This document shows positions 1 through 7,692 of a stretch of 38,383 bases of DNA, in pieces (within the stretch, counting starts at the first letter, position 1; every line of letters begins with the position of its first letter). Source of the stretch: a virus; IMG/VR virus record IMGVR_UViG_3300019468_000034. One strand, written 5' to 3'. Position numbers and translations under genes: made by a program. The notes under the pieces were generated by a model. It had not been told where the DNA came from, made no database searches, and saw only the letters and a list, made by a program, of their open reading frames with translations.

Positions 1-127
1 CGGAAAACCGTGCAATATAAGAAAGGAAAATAAAAATGGACACATGGACGGTTAATAAGCTAGAACAAATGGGCATAGACCCTAGCACAGCATGTAAGAA
101 ATGCGGCTATGACAACGGAATCGACAA
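1..127. repeat. 127-bp terminal redundancy, exact copy of 38257..38383; indicates circular assembly or a direct terminal repeat (unit length 38,256 bp)
   Basis: Bases 1..127 are identical to 38257..38383 by direct reading. Confidence 0.9.
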
Positions 128-200
128 CGGCTACGGGCAGGGACCGTGCGGACAAGCCCACTGCTGGCTAACTTTATACGACGATGACGAGGAGGTCTAA
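36..200 (+). CDS. small Cys-rich protein (54 aa, CxxC...C....C, zinc-ribbon-like), hypothetical; first gene downstream of cro across the wrap
   Basis: ATG at 36 preceded by AAAGGAAAA. ORF reads MDTWTVNKLEQMGIDPSTACKKCGYDNGIDNGYGQGPCGQAHCWLTLYDDDEEV. It is below the ORF-track length cutoff. Confidence 0.35.
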   Translation: MDTWTVNKLEQMGIDPSTACKKCGYDNGIDNGYGQGPCGQAHCWLTLYDDDEEV

Positions 201-225
201 TAATGTGAAAACAAAGAAGGACGTC

Positions 226-501
226 ATGTCTGTAAAAGACGTGGCGGAATACTACGGAGTATCTCAATCAGCCGTATATAGGCTAAGAGACGAAAATAAA
301 CTCCACCAATTACCGCTACCTGGCGTAAAGTTCGGCCGTCAAGAAGTAGAAGCCCTGGCCGGTATTGAACGGGAATACTCGGCGACAGGGTATAGGCGAC
401 TAAAAGAAGAAAACAGCCGCCTGGAAGCGGAGAACGAAAACCTTAAAAAGAAAATTAAAAAAATCACCAGCGAGCTACTGGTGATAAGCGGAGAGATTTA
501 G
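226..501 (+). CDS. MerR/AlpA-type helix-turn-helix DNA-binding protein (excisionase-like or regulator) with a C-terminal coiled coil; alternative starts at GTG 205 or ATG 184
   Basis: SVKDVAEYYGVSQSAVYRLRDEN is an HTH-like motif. AAGGA lies 5 nt upstream of ATG 226. GAGGAGG lies upstream of GTG 205. Confidence 0.55.
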   Translation: MSVKDVAEYYGVSQSAVYRLRDENKLHQLPLPGVKFGRQEVEALAGIEREYSATGYRRLKEENSRLEAENENLKKKIKKITSELLVISGEI

Positions 502-515
502 GAGGGATATAAAAA

Positions 516-764
516 ATGATGCCCGAAGAAAAAGAAATGATGCGGCTTGTCGTAGAGCAAGACCAAAAACAAAAGGCAATCATAGTAGCGGCCTTTGAGC
601 GGATCCTTTGTATGGCTGGTGAAGAATGCACACTGACCTACAATCCGAAAGACTGGACCGTCACTATTAAATGGCCGTCAGGGTACGAGAAGGACGTAAA
701 CATCGCCGCCGACAGCCATACAGCTATGCTATACGACATATTAAAACAGGGATTTTTTAAATAG
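516..764 (+). CDS. hypothetical protein
   Basis: GGAGGG RBS; 82-aa ORF in the same-strand operon. Confidence 0.5.
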   Translation: MMPEEKEMMRLVVEQDQKQKAIIVAAFERILCMAGEECTLTYNPKDWTVTIKWPSGYEKDVNIAADSHTAMLYDILKQGFFK

Positions 765-773
765 GAGGCAACC

Positions 774-1223
774 ATGGAACCCTTAAAAATCAAAATTAAA
801 AAGACGCATCCCGAAGCACAAATCCCCCTAATTACACAAGGAAACGCATGTTTCGACTTCTACGCCATTGAAGACACGGCGGTAAAATCGATGCACCTTT
901 CTACGGCAACTTTCGTCCGAACGGGGCTTTCATTTGAAATCCCGGAAGGATACCATATGAAACTCTTCATGAGAAGCTCCCAGGGAGCAAAGACAAAATT
1001 CTACTTAGCCAATTGCGTTGGCATCGTAGATAGCAGTTACCGGGGTGAAGTCATGGGAATATTTAAAATCACCGCCGGAAGACGAATTAAAAAATACATT
1101 CATAAAGGCGAACGATTCATGCAGGGGCTTATTGAAAAGAATATTCCCGTAGAGTTCGAAGAAACGGATGAATTAAGCCAAACCGATCGCGGCGAAGGCG
1201 GATTTGGAAGCACGGGTAAATGA
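774..1223 (+). CDS. dut: dUTP diphosphatase (dUTPase)
   Basis: Motifs GIVDSSYRGEV and RGEGGFGSTG are typical of trimeric dUTPases. TAGGAGG RBS. Confidence 0.9.
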   Translation: MEPLKIKIKKTHPEAQIPLITQGNACFDFYAIEDTAVKSMHLSTATFVRTGLSFEIPEGYHMKLFMRSSQGAKTKFYLANCVGIVDSSYRGEVMGIFKITAGRRIKKYIHKGERFMQGLIEKNIPVEFEETDELSQTDRGEGGFGSTGK

Positions 1224-1682
1224 TGACGAAGGGAATGTACACCAGTAACAGTGAAGAATGGGGTACGCCTCAAGAACTCTTTAACAGGCTAAACAAAGAG
1301 TTTAACTTCACCCTCGATATATGCGCAAGTAAAGAAAACGCCAAATGCCCTAAATACTACACCAAAGAAGAAGACGCCCTAAAACAAGAATGGGGGGGGC
1401 GTCATATGGATGAACCCTCCGTACGGAAGACAAATAGGAATTTGGGTAAAAAAGGCAAGAGATGCGGCAAGGCAAGGAAAAGCAACAGTCGTTTGCCTAC
1501 TGCCGGCACGAACGGATACCGCCTGGTGGCACGATTACGTTATGAAAGCTAACGAAATAAGACTTATAAGAGGCCGCCTAAAATTCGGAGACGGCAAAGG
1601 AAGCGCTCCGTTTCCGTCAGCAGTAGTAATTTTTAAAAAAGGCTCAACGTCCCCGATCCGAATAAACTCATACGAAAGGTAA
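1220..1682 (+). CDS. DNA N6-adenine methyltransferase, phage Dam family, split into two ORFs (1220..1552 and 1410..1682) by a frameshift inside a G8 tract at 1392..1399
   Basis: N-terminal part reads EWGTPQELF...FTLDICAS..NAKCPKYY...QEWGG. C-terminal part reads (VIW)MNPPYG...VVCLLPARTDTAWWHD. Removing one G restores ...QEWGGVIWMNPPYG..., the canonical arrangement. Confidence 0.75.
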
Positions 1683-1688
1683 CCACTG

Positions 1689-1949
1689 ATGAACAGAGTA
1701 GAAGTCATACAGGTTTTTGAAGACGCTATTAAAAATAGCAATAAGTTTATAGGACTCATGCTCGAAAAAGAAGGAGCAGGACCTGAAATAAGCATCATAC
1801 CCAGCCAAAACTTCATAAGAAAGAAACGCTACCTTCTAAAGGCCTATGATAACAACATGAAAAATAACAGAGATGAAGGATTAAAAATCACACACGCCTG
1901 GCCCATTAATTCAGAAGACGTATACGGAGTATTGCCGAGCGGAGGTTAA
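1689..1949 (+). CDS. hypothetical protein
   Basis: GAAAGGT RBS; 86-aa ORF. Confidence 0.45.
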   Translation: MNRVEVIQVFEDAIKNSNKFIGLMLEKEGAGPEISIIPSQNFIRKKRYLLKAYDNNMKNNRDEGLKITHAWPINSEDVYGVLPSGG

Positions 1950-1952
1950 ATT

Positions 1953-2225
1953 ATGAAAATCACATTACCGGAATGGATCAACGCCAAGAAGAACAACGAG
2001 GAAGAAAAAAGTTATAAAGACATAGAGCTGCAGCTTGAAGGAATAAAAATTATAAACAAACGGCTAACGGAAGATAACCTTGAGTTACTGACAGAAAACC
2101 GTCGTCTTAAAGAAGAAAACAAAGATATTAAATTCTATGCTACGTGTGGCGGTATTTTCATAGGTGCATTGGTTTTAGTGGATCTCATAACCTCTATAAG
2201 CCTGGTCGATTTAATTACCCGATGA
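1953..2225 (+). CDS. hypothetical coiled-coil protein with a hydrophobic C-terminus
   Basis: GGAGGT RBS; 90-aa ORF. Confidence 0.45.
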   Translation: MKITLPEWINAKKNNEEEKSYKDIELQLEGIKIINKRLTEDNLELLTENRRLKEENKDIKFYATCGGIFIGALVLVDLITSISLVDLITR

Positions 2226-2437
2226 GTAAGTCATTTATCCACTGCCCGGTAGACGGATTAATTCCCGACACCGTTTGCCCTAACTGTAAATATTTTGAAG
2301 GCCATAGGACCTGGGCGTGTCTATATAGAGTTAGACACAAAATAAAAGAGGAGGACTCTAGGGCTAAACAACTAGTAGAAGATATGAGAAACCGAATAGA
2401 AAAAGTCAATAAAAAAAGACGCCACAAGGGCGTCTAA
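2222..2437 (+). CDS. small Cys-containing protein (HCP..CPNC), hypothetical
   Basis: ATG at 2222 within the longer ORF 2144..2437; no clear RBS. Confidence 0.3.
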   Translation: MSKSFIHCPVDGLIPDTVCPNCKYFEGHRTWACLYRVRHKIKEEDSRAKQLVEDMRNRIEKVNKKRRHKGV

Positions 2438-2510
2438 AGCAAAAAGCAGACCGGAGCCGGCAAGCTCCGTAAATGGTCTATATATATTATACATTATATA
2501 GCGAGAAAAT

Positions 2511-2530
2511 AACAGGGCTTCGGCCCTGTT
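2511..2530. terminator. perfect hairpin AACAGGGC-TTCG-GCCCTGTT in the intergenic region upstream of the Rep gene; terminator or origin-associated structure
   Basis: 8-bp perfect stem with a TTCG tetraloop. No strong T-run on the + strand. ATTTT follows on the - strand. Confidence 0.3.
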
Positions 2531-2586
2531 ATCGCTAGATTAAGTCTATTAAATATACGACCAAATAAAAACCAAGAGGTCGAAAT

Positions 2587-3393
2587 ATGTATGTACAAAA
2601 AACGGTAAAAGCAGGACCCGTAATTGAAATCTGCAAATACCACACATCGAGATATAACACGCCGACGATGCCGAGATCCCCAAACAGTAAAAACACATCG
2701 GCCGAGCAATGGAAAGTAAACGAGAAAAATTCAATTCAAAATCTCTATTACCTGATTCTCGAAAATTTCAAAGAGGAAGACATTCGAATCGACCTTACAT
2801 ACAAGGAACCGGAGCCTGGAAAGGAGGAAGCCAAAAATAGGCTAGACAATTTTCTCCGTAAGCTCCGTAGGCTATATCACCGGCTAGGCGAACAATTAAA
2901 ATGGATTGCCACCACAGAATGTAAGGGACACCGAATTCATCATCACCTGCTGATAAATAACATTGGGCTGTCACGAGCCGATTACAAAAAGCTATGGCCA
3001 CACGGAGAAATCCCCTATAAGGCCTTTCGGTTTTATGACGGAAAGCCGGATGATGCAAGAAGGGTTGCCGAATACTTTGTGAAAGAAACAAGAGAAACGT
3101 TTTGCGAAGAAGACGCGATACAAAAATCAAGATACCGGGCAAGTAGGAATCTAAAAAAGCCGGAAATAAAAAAAGAAGTGATAAAAAGTAAGACCTGGAA
3201 AGAGCCGAAAGCTCCGAAAGGATACTACATACAAAAACCGGTGCAGTACGGATACACCGCCTTTGGCTTTCCGTACATGTTCTACCGGATGATAAGGACG
3301 GGTGACGATGACGATCAGATATCTAATCAGAAAAAACCGAGCAGAATATGCTGCCATCGAAGAAGGACGGGAAAATACCCTTTGGGTACATGA
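2587..3393 (+). CDS. candidate rolling-circle replication initiator (HUH endonuclease, Rep-like)
   Basis: Motif-1-like IDLTYK, HUH-like RIHHHLLIN and YxxK-like EYFVKE occur in the expected order. AGAGGT RBS. The C-terminal 40 aa look out of frame. Confidence 0.5.
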   Translation: MYVQKTVKAGPVIEICKYHTSRYNTPTMPRSPNSKNTSAEQWKVNEKNSIQNLYYLILENFKEEDIRIDLTYKEPEPGKEEAKNRLDNFLRKLRRLYHRLGEQLKWIATTECKGHRIHHHLLINNIGLSRADYKKLWPHGEIPYKAFRFYDGKPDDARRVAEYFVKETRETFCEEDAIQKSRYRASRNLKKPEIKKEVIKSKTWKEPKAPKGYYIQKPVQYGYTAFGFPYMFYRMIRTGDDDDQISNQKKPSRICCHRRRTGKYPLGT

Positions 3394-3583
3394 CGATAAA
3401 CGCTGCTTTAAGCCTGACGAGAAAATCCATTTCGTCGAAATGATAAATGGCAAACGAACCCATAAAGGCTGCTGGGCAAACATTGAACGAGTCTATGAAG
3501 GTAGATTAATCAAATACAGGGTGGTAAAACACGATGAACTTACTAAAGACAAAAAGAGTGAAATTAAAAGGAAAGGCCGCTAA
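3302..3583 (+). CDS. hypothetical protein overlapping the 3' end of the Rep ORF in the +1 frame
   Basis: AAGGA upstream of ATG 3302; the protein-like sequence continues. Confidence 0.35.
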   Translation: MTMTIRYLIRKNRAEYAAIEEGRENTLWVHDDKRCFKPDEKIHFVEMINGKRTHKGCWANIERVYEGRLIKYRVVKHDELTKDKKSEIKRKGR

Positions 3584-3833
3584 AGAATTTTACAATGCCA
3601 TATATGAGCGTGACGGCGGTACATGTATTTGGTGCGGAGCTCCCATTGAATACGGCGTAAAACATCATCACGAGCCTTGCGGAATTTACAAATCAGACGA
3701 AATAGAAAAAGCGGTTATGCTTTGCCCTAGCTGCCATCATAGACGGCACTTCCAAGATGCGGCCGAAGGGGAAGCGGTATGCCGCGAATACCTTCAAAAC
3801 CTATACGGAGAAAAGGGGGCAAAGAGAGAATGA
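3534..3833 (+). CDS. HNH endonuclease
   Basis: CIWCG....HHHEP......K.....LCPSCHHRRH is a C-x2-C...HH...C-x2-C-H HNH signature. Confidence 0.8.
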   Translation: MNLLKTKRVKLKGKAAKEFYNAIYERDGGTCIWCGAPIEYGVKHHHEPCGIYKSDEIEKAVMLCPSCHHRRHFQDAAEGEAVCREYLQNLYGEKGAKRE

Positions 3834-4153
3834 AGTTCATAGATTTTTTCGCCGGTATCGGGGGCTTTCATTCAGGCTTAGAGAAAGCGGGCATGGAATG
3901 TATCGGTTGGTGTGAGTTCGATAAATTCGCTCAAAAAAGTTATAGGGCTATGTATGATACGGAGAGGTTGTGGTTTGCAGATGATATCAGAAAAGTCAGA
4001 GGTTGGGACGTGCCGAAAGCCGACTTATGGACATTCGGATTCCCTTGCCAAGACGTTAGTATCGCCGGGAAGCAAAAAGGAATTAAACGAGGAACAAGGT
4101 CCGGACTTTTTTATGAAAAACATAAAGAAATGGAGTGTATAAAATGGCGATGA
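3830..4153 (+). pseudogene. DNA cytosine-5 methyltransferase N-terminal fragment (motifs I and IV only); truncated remnant
   Basis: MKFIDFFAGIGGFHSGLEKAGMECIGWCEFDKFA...DIRKV...DLWTFGFPCQDVSIAGKQKG..RGTRSGLFYE, then a stop. No ENV motif or target-recognition domain in any downstream frame. Confidence 0.7.
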
Positions 4154-4344
4154 AAGGAAACGCAGATATGACACCTCGCGCAGCTTTAAAGAAGGTCATC
4201 AATATTGAACTTAGTGCGGACGAACTGAATATATTGCTGAACGCAATATGCTGGCGAGATAGAGAAATGATGCCGCGTACGACGCAGATAGGACGGCTGT
4301 ATCGTAAATTGTACAAAGCACGAAAGCTAGCACGAGGGGAGTAA
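4144..4344 (+). CDS. hypothetical protein
   Basis: GGAG 9 nt upstream of ATG 4144. Confidence 0.35.
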   Translation: MAMKGNADMTPRAALKKVINIELSADELNILLNAICWRDREMMPRTTQIGRLYRKLYKARKLARGE

Positions 4345-4350
4345 ATAATC

Positions 4351-4656
4351 ATGTGTACATTGAAGAAATATAGAGAATACGACCCTAATACAATTGAAGC
4401 CGTTCAATTTACGGGAGAAAACGGGGACGAGATACTAACCCTTTTAAACGTTAGGGGCGGTGTTTGGACTACACTTAAGCGAGAATTTGATGAAGATACA
4501 GGCGAAGAGTTTCATAAGCGTGTACTAACACTGGAAATTATTGATGGTAGCAAGAGATGTAGGGCGTTTCAAGGCGACTATGTTCTTAAAACTGTACATG
4601 GCGAGATATACACACTTGACGAAGAGTCGTTTTTAACTAGTTTTGAAGAGATTTAA
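4351..4656 (+). CDS. hypothetical protein
   Basis: GAGGGGAG RBS. Confidence 0.5.
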   Translation: MCTLKKYREYDPNTIEAVQFTGENGDEILTLLNVRGGVWTTLKREFDEDTGEEFHKRVLTLEIIDGSKRCRAFQGDYVLKTVHGEIYTLDEESFLTSFEEI

Positions 4657-4691
4657 TGAACAGGTGGGAGCATTAAAAAGGAGAAAAGCAA

Positions 4692-5015
4692 ATGTCAATC
4701 ATAAAATTCGGTAAGTATGAACCCCGACGAGAGATTGTAGTTTTCGACCGAAAAAGCGGAAATTCAATTCAACATATATACGAGTTCACAAATGGGTATG
4801 GGGCAAACGTAATTCAGAACGAATACAGCAAGGGTGGTGAAGATGGGCTTTATGAACTAGGGGTACTGAAAGACGGGGTATTGTGCTACAGCACTACAAT
4901 TACAAGCGATGTTATCGGCTATCTGACAGCCGATGAAGTAGCCGAGCATTTAAGCCGGATAGAAAAATTGCCGGATTTACAAAAGGAGAAATTTACATGG
5001 AACAAATCGGAATAG
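4692..5015 (+). CDS. hypothetical protein
   Basis: AAAGGAG RBS. Confidence 0.5.
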   Translation: MSIIKFGKYEPRREIVVFDRKSGNSIQHIYEFTNGYGANVIQNEYSKGGEDGLYELGVLKDGVLCYSTTITSDVIGYLTADEVAEHLSRIEKLPDLQKEKFTWNKSE

Positions 5016-5161
5016 GCATGATTTTAACAGGCTTAGCAGGAATGCTGGGAGTAACAGGAAAGATAATTTACAAAGCATTTGGTATTAATGAGTTGATAAT
5101 TGCCGTATGTTGGATGATTATCGTCATAGGGATAGTATTAACTTCAATTGCCGCTGGATAA
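4997..5161 (+). CDS. small membrane protein (54 aa, two predicted TM helices), hypothetical
   Basis: AAAGGAG lies 8 nt upstream of ATG 4997. ORF reads MEQIGIGMILTGLAGMLGVTGKIIYKAFGINELIIAVCWMIIVIGIVLTSIAAG. It is below the ORF-track cutoff. Confidence 0.45.
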   Translation: MEQIGIGMILTGLAGMLGVTGKIIYKAFGINELIIAVCWMIIVIGIVLTSIAAG

Positions 5162-5185
5162 TAAACCACATGAAAGGAGAACATT

Positions 5186-5656
5186 ATGTTAGACAGGAAA
5201 ATAAAAAGTTTCGAAATCGGCAAGCACCAAATTTTTAAAATCACATTTGAAAGAGAAAACGAAAACACCGGGGCGTATGACACATACCAAATAAAATGTG
5301 CAGAATATCCGAGACCGGAATTAATCGAAGCGGTAAAAAGACTTTCGCCTTATATCACCGAGATTTTAGAATTGCCGGACGATTGTAAAGATCGCCTAAT
5401 AACAAAGAAGCTTACCTACACATACAACGAGAAGACGGCAGAGACAAGCGTCACCATAACAGCCAAATTTTATATACCCAATGACGGAACGTTCATCGAA
5501 GTAAAGGTGCCGAAGAGAGTCATAAATTACGAAACACCGACTAGCGAAATTCCGTTTACACCCGAATATAGCAAAATAATCGAACGATTAACAACGGAAA
5601 TATTCCGATATATAGACGGCGACAGAGCCCAGGACAAATTAAATTTCGATGACTAA
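5186..5656 (+). CDS. hypothetical protein
   Basis: AAAGGAG RBS; 156 aa. Confidence 0.55.
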   Translation: MLDRKIKSFEIGKHQIFKITFERENENTGAYDTYQIKCAEYPRPELIEAVKRLSPYITEILELPDDCKDRLITKKLTYTYNEKTAETSVTITAKFYIPNDGTFIEVKVPKRVINYETPTSEIPFTPEYSKIIERLTTEIFRYIDGDRAQDKLNFDD

Positions 5657-5672
5657 AAAAGGAGGAATTTAA

Positions 5673-5891
5673 ATGGACTATACGCTAATAGCGATGATAA
5701 TCGCGTTATTATCGTCGGGACTTATGGCTGCCGCCGCAATGGGATATTTAATACACATAACCCTCACAGGAATGAGAGACATACAAATAAGGCGAACACA
5801 ATTAATAATCATGCTGGCGAAAAATATAATTGAGCAAGCAAAACAAAAATCCATAAGAGACAGCCAAAACGGGCAAATAAGAGAGGACTAA
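5673..5891 (+). CDS. hypothetical protein with an N-terminal TM helix
   Basis: AAAGGAGG RBS. Confidence 0.5.
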   Translation: MDYTLIAMIIALLSSGLMAAAAMGYLIHITLTGMRDIQIRRTQLIIMLAKNIIEQAKQKSIRDSQNGQIRED

Positions 5892-5893
5892 CC

Positions 5894-6151
5894 ATGAGAA
5901 TAAGAGACCTAAAAGACACCGTAAACCTTATGACAAGCAACGACTATAAAGATCGACTTCTTGCCGAATACTGGCAGCTAAAAATTAGGCACCAAAAACT
6001 ACAAATAGCCATAGCGAGAAAAAGCCAACGACTAGACCGAGATACAAAAACCCCAATAGACGCGCTCCAGGCACAGGCACATGTAATGGAGCGGTATTTA
6101 AATCTGCTAAGACTAAGAGCTAGAGAAGAAGATATATTACTGGAGGACTAA
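5894..6151 (+). CDS. hypothetical protein
   Basis: AGAGAGGA RBS. Confidence 0.5.
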   Translation: MRIRDLKDTVNLMTSNDYKDRLLAEYWQLKIRHQKLQIAIARKSQRLDRDTKTPIDALQAQAHVMERYLNLLRLRAREEDILLED

Positions 6152-6153
6152 TT

Positions 6154-6345
6154 ATGAATTATGAGGCAGTCACAGCAGCCGGAGGAATATTCCTGCTTAT
6201 AAGCGTATTCGTCACATTCGGACTCGTAGGTGCGCTAGCGTTCGAAATGATAAAAATGCGTCGATTAAATCGCGTGCTAAAGGCGCGCATAACAGCAGCA
6301 AGTAGAAAGACGATCGTCGTAATCATAAAAGAGGTGTTGCGATGA
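6154..6345 (+). CDS. small membrane protein, hypothetical
   Basis: GGAGGA RBS; hydrophobic N-terminal half. Confidence 0.45.
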   Translation: MNYEAVTAAGGIFLLISVFVTFGLVGALAFEMIKMRRLNRVLKARITAASRKTIVVIIKEVLR

Positions 6346-6770
6346 ACGCCAAAGAATATCTTCAATCCATCCGAACATTAGACATTAAGTTGAAAACCCT
6401 GGAAACAAGAATCTCAAGATATAGAGAAGATATCTGCACATTAAAAGGAACGGATTACTCATCAGATAAAGTTTCCGGAACACCTGGAAGCGGTATGGCA
6501 GATAAAGTAGCACGTCTAGTGGATATGATTATGGATGCGGATAAAGAATGGGACAAACTTATCGAAAAAAGAGAAGAAGCGCGGCTCTTAATCGAAAAGC
6601 TGGAAAACCCTAAACATCAAAGCATCCTTTCAAGAAGATACCTTTACGGCGAAAAGTGGGAAAACATATGTAAGGCCCTGGGCTGTACATGGCCGAATAT
6701 TTTTAGAACACAGCGGCGAGCCCTAAAAAGTTTCGATATAATCCTAAAAAAATCAAAAGAGGGTACTTAA
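6342..6770 (+). CDS. late-gene transcriptional activator, ArpU/RinA/DUF1492-like (sigma-70 region-4-like C-terminus)
   Basis: C-terminal SILSRRYLYGEKWENICKALGCTWPNIFRTQRRALKSF. Position is immediately upstream of the terminase genes and followed by a terminator. Confidence 0.5.
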   Translation: MNAKEYLQSIRTLDIKLKTLETRISRYREDICTLKGTDYSSDKVSGTPGSGMADKVARLVDMIMDADKEWDKLIEKREEARLLIEKLENPKHQSILSRRYLYGEKWENICKALGCTWPNIFRTQRRALKSFDIILKKSKEGT

Positions 6771-6818
6771 AGTTACATATCACTCTGTGCTATCATGTAA
6801 GCTAGAAAAATAAGACAA

Positions 6819-6854
6819 GGAAGACCTGTATAGTGCAGGCCTTCCCTTTTTGTT
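6819..6854 (+). terminator. rho-independent terminator separating the early and late regions
   Basis: Stem GGAAGACCTG and CAGGCCTTCC (10 bp, one mismatch), loop TATAGTG, then CTTTTTGTT. Confidence 0.55.
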
Positions 6855-6873
6855 GCCGTAAAGCGAGGGTAGC

Positions 6874-7062
6874 ATGATCCGATGTGACAACCAAAGATGC
6901 AAACACAATCACCGCGAAATATGCGTGAACATGCACCTACAGATAGAATCGGAACGGTGTATATGCTTTGAACCAAAGTGGCAAAAGAAGCGAAAAACAA
7001 ACGAAACGGATATAAACCATACGCCCGTTTATCACTCAACTAGAAGGCGTACGTTTAGGTAG
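6874..7062 (+). CDS. small Cys-rich protein (C-x-N-x2-C-x-H-N...C...C-x-C; DUF1540-like pattern), hypothetical
   Basis: IRCDNQRCKHNHREICVNMHLQIESERCICF; weak GAGGGT RBS. Confidence 0.35.
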   Translation: MIRCDNQRCKHNHREICVNMHLQIESERCICFEPKWQKKRKTNETDINHTPVYHSTRRRTFR

Positions 7063-7068
7063 GAGAAT

Positions 7069-7692
7069 ATGACAAAAAATAAGGTACGAGGCGAACCTAT
7101 TCACCGCGAGAAGATATATATCAAAGACACAGATACGCGCACAAAAGACGCGCGAGGAAAAAACATTAATATAAGGCGTCGTTCAACAACGTGGAAAAAG
7201 TTCCACACCACCCAAAACCTGGAAGTCATTAAAAGCTTATGCCGTAAAGGATGGCATAACGATGAGATTGCCGCCTACATCGGAATTTCTGAATCAACAC
7301 TTTATGAGTGGACCAAGAAACATCCGGAGTTTTCGGAGGCGCTTTCCATTGGTAAAGACTACTGCGTAGCCCAGGTTGAAAACGCCTTATTCCAAAGGGC
7401 TGTAGGCATTGAAAAAAAGATGCCAAAGAAAGAACAAACCGTCACAACAGACATCATAAAAGACGGCAAGGTAGTAGGAAAACAAGTCACTAAAAAGATA
7501 GAAAACGAACTTGTATTCGTACCGCCGGAAACGAAGGCGGCTACTTTCATTCTCACCAATTTAGCCCCGAACGATTGGAAGCAAAAACAGCAAACGGAAT
7601 TAACCGGAAGCGTTGAAATAAACGCCAACATGGACCTGTCAGAACGCTTGCAACAGGCATTATTAAAGAAAGGGGAAGCGGCTGGTGAATAA
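7069..7692 (+). CDS. terS: terminase small subunit (HTH-containing)
   Basis: IGISESTLYEWTKKHPEFSEAL HTH typical of TerS. Lies directly upstream of the large terminase. GGTAGGAG RBS. Confidence 0.7.
   Translation: MTKNKVRGEPIHREKIYIKDTDTRTKDARGKNINIRRRSTTWKKFHTTQNLEVIKSLCRKGWHNDEIAAYIGISESTLYEWTKKHPEFSEALSIGKDYCVAQVENALFQRAVGIEKKMPKKEQTVTTDIIKDGKVVGKQVTKKIENELVFVPPETKAATFILTNLAPNDWKQKQQTELTGSVEINANMDLSERLQQALLKKGEAAGE

Noticed and set aside
2144-2437. The long form of ORF 2144..2437 (97 aa) overlapping 1953..2225
   Set aside because: The upstream 26 codons overlap the preceding gene in another frame and have no RBS. Only the internal ATG 2222 version was kept, at low confidence.
3912-4352. 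Alternative-frame ORFs 3912..4142 (+) and 4083..4352 (-) overlapping the MTase remnant
   Set aside because: They have no RBS, lie in frames overlapping better-supported genes and encode non-protein-like sequence. They were checked as possible continuations of the C5-MTase and do not contain ENV or TRD motifs.
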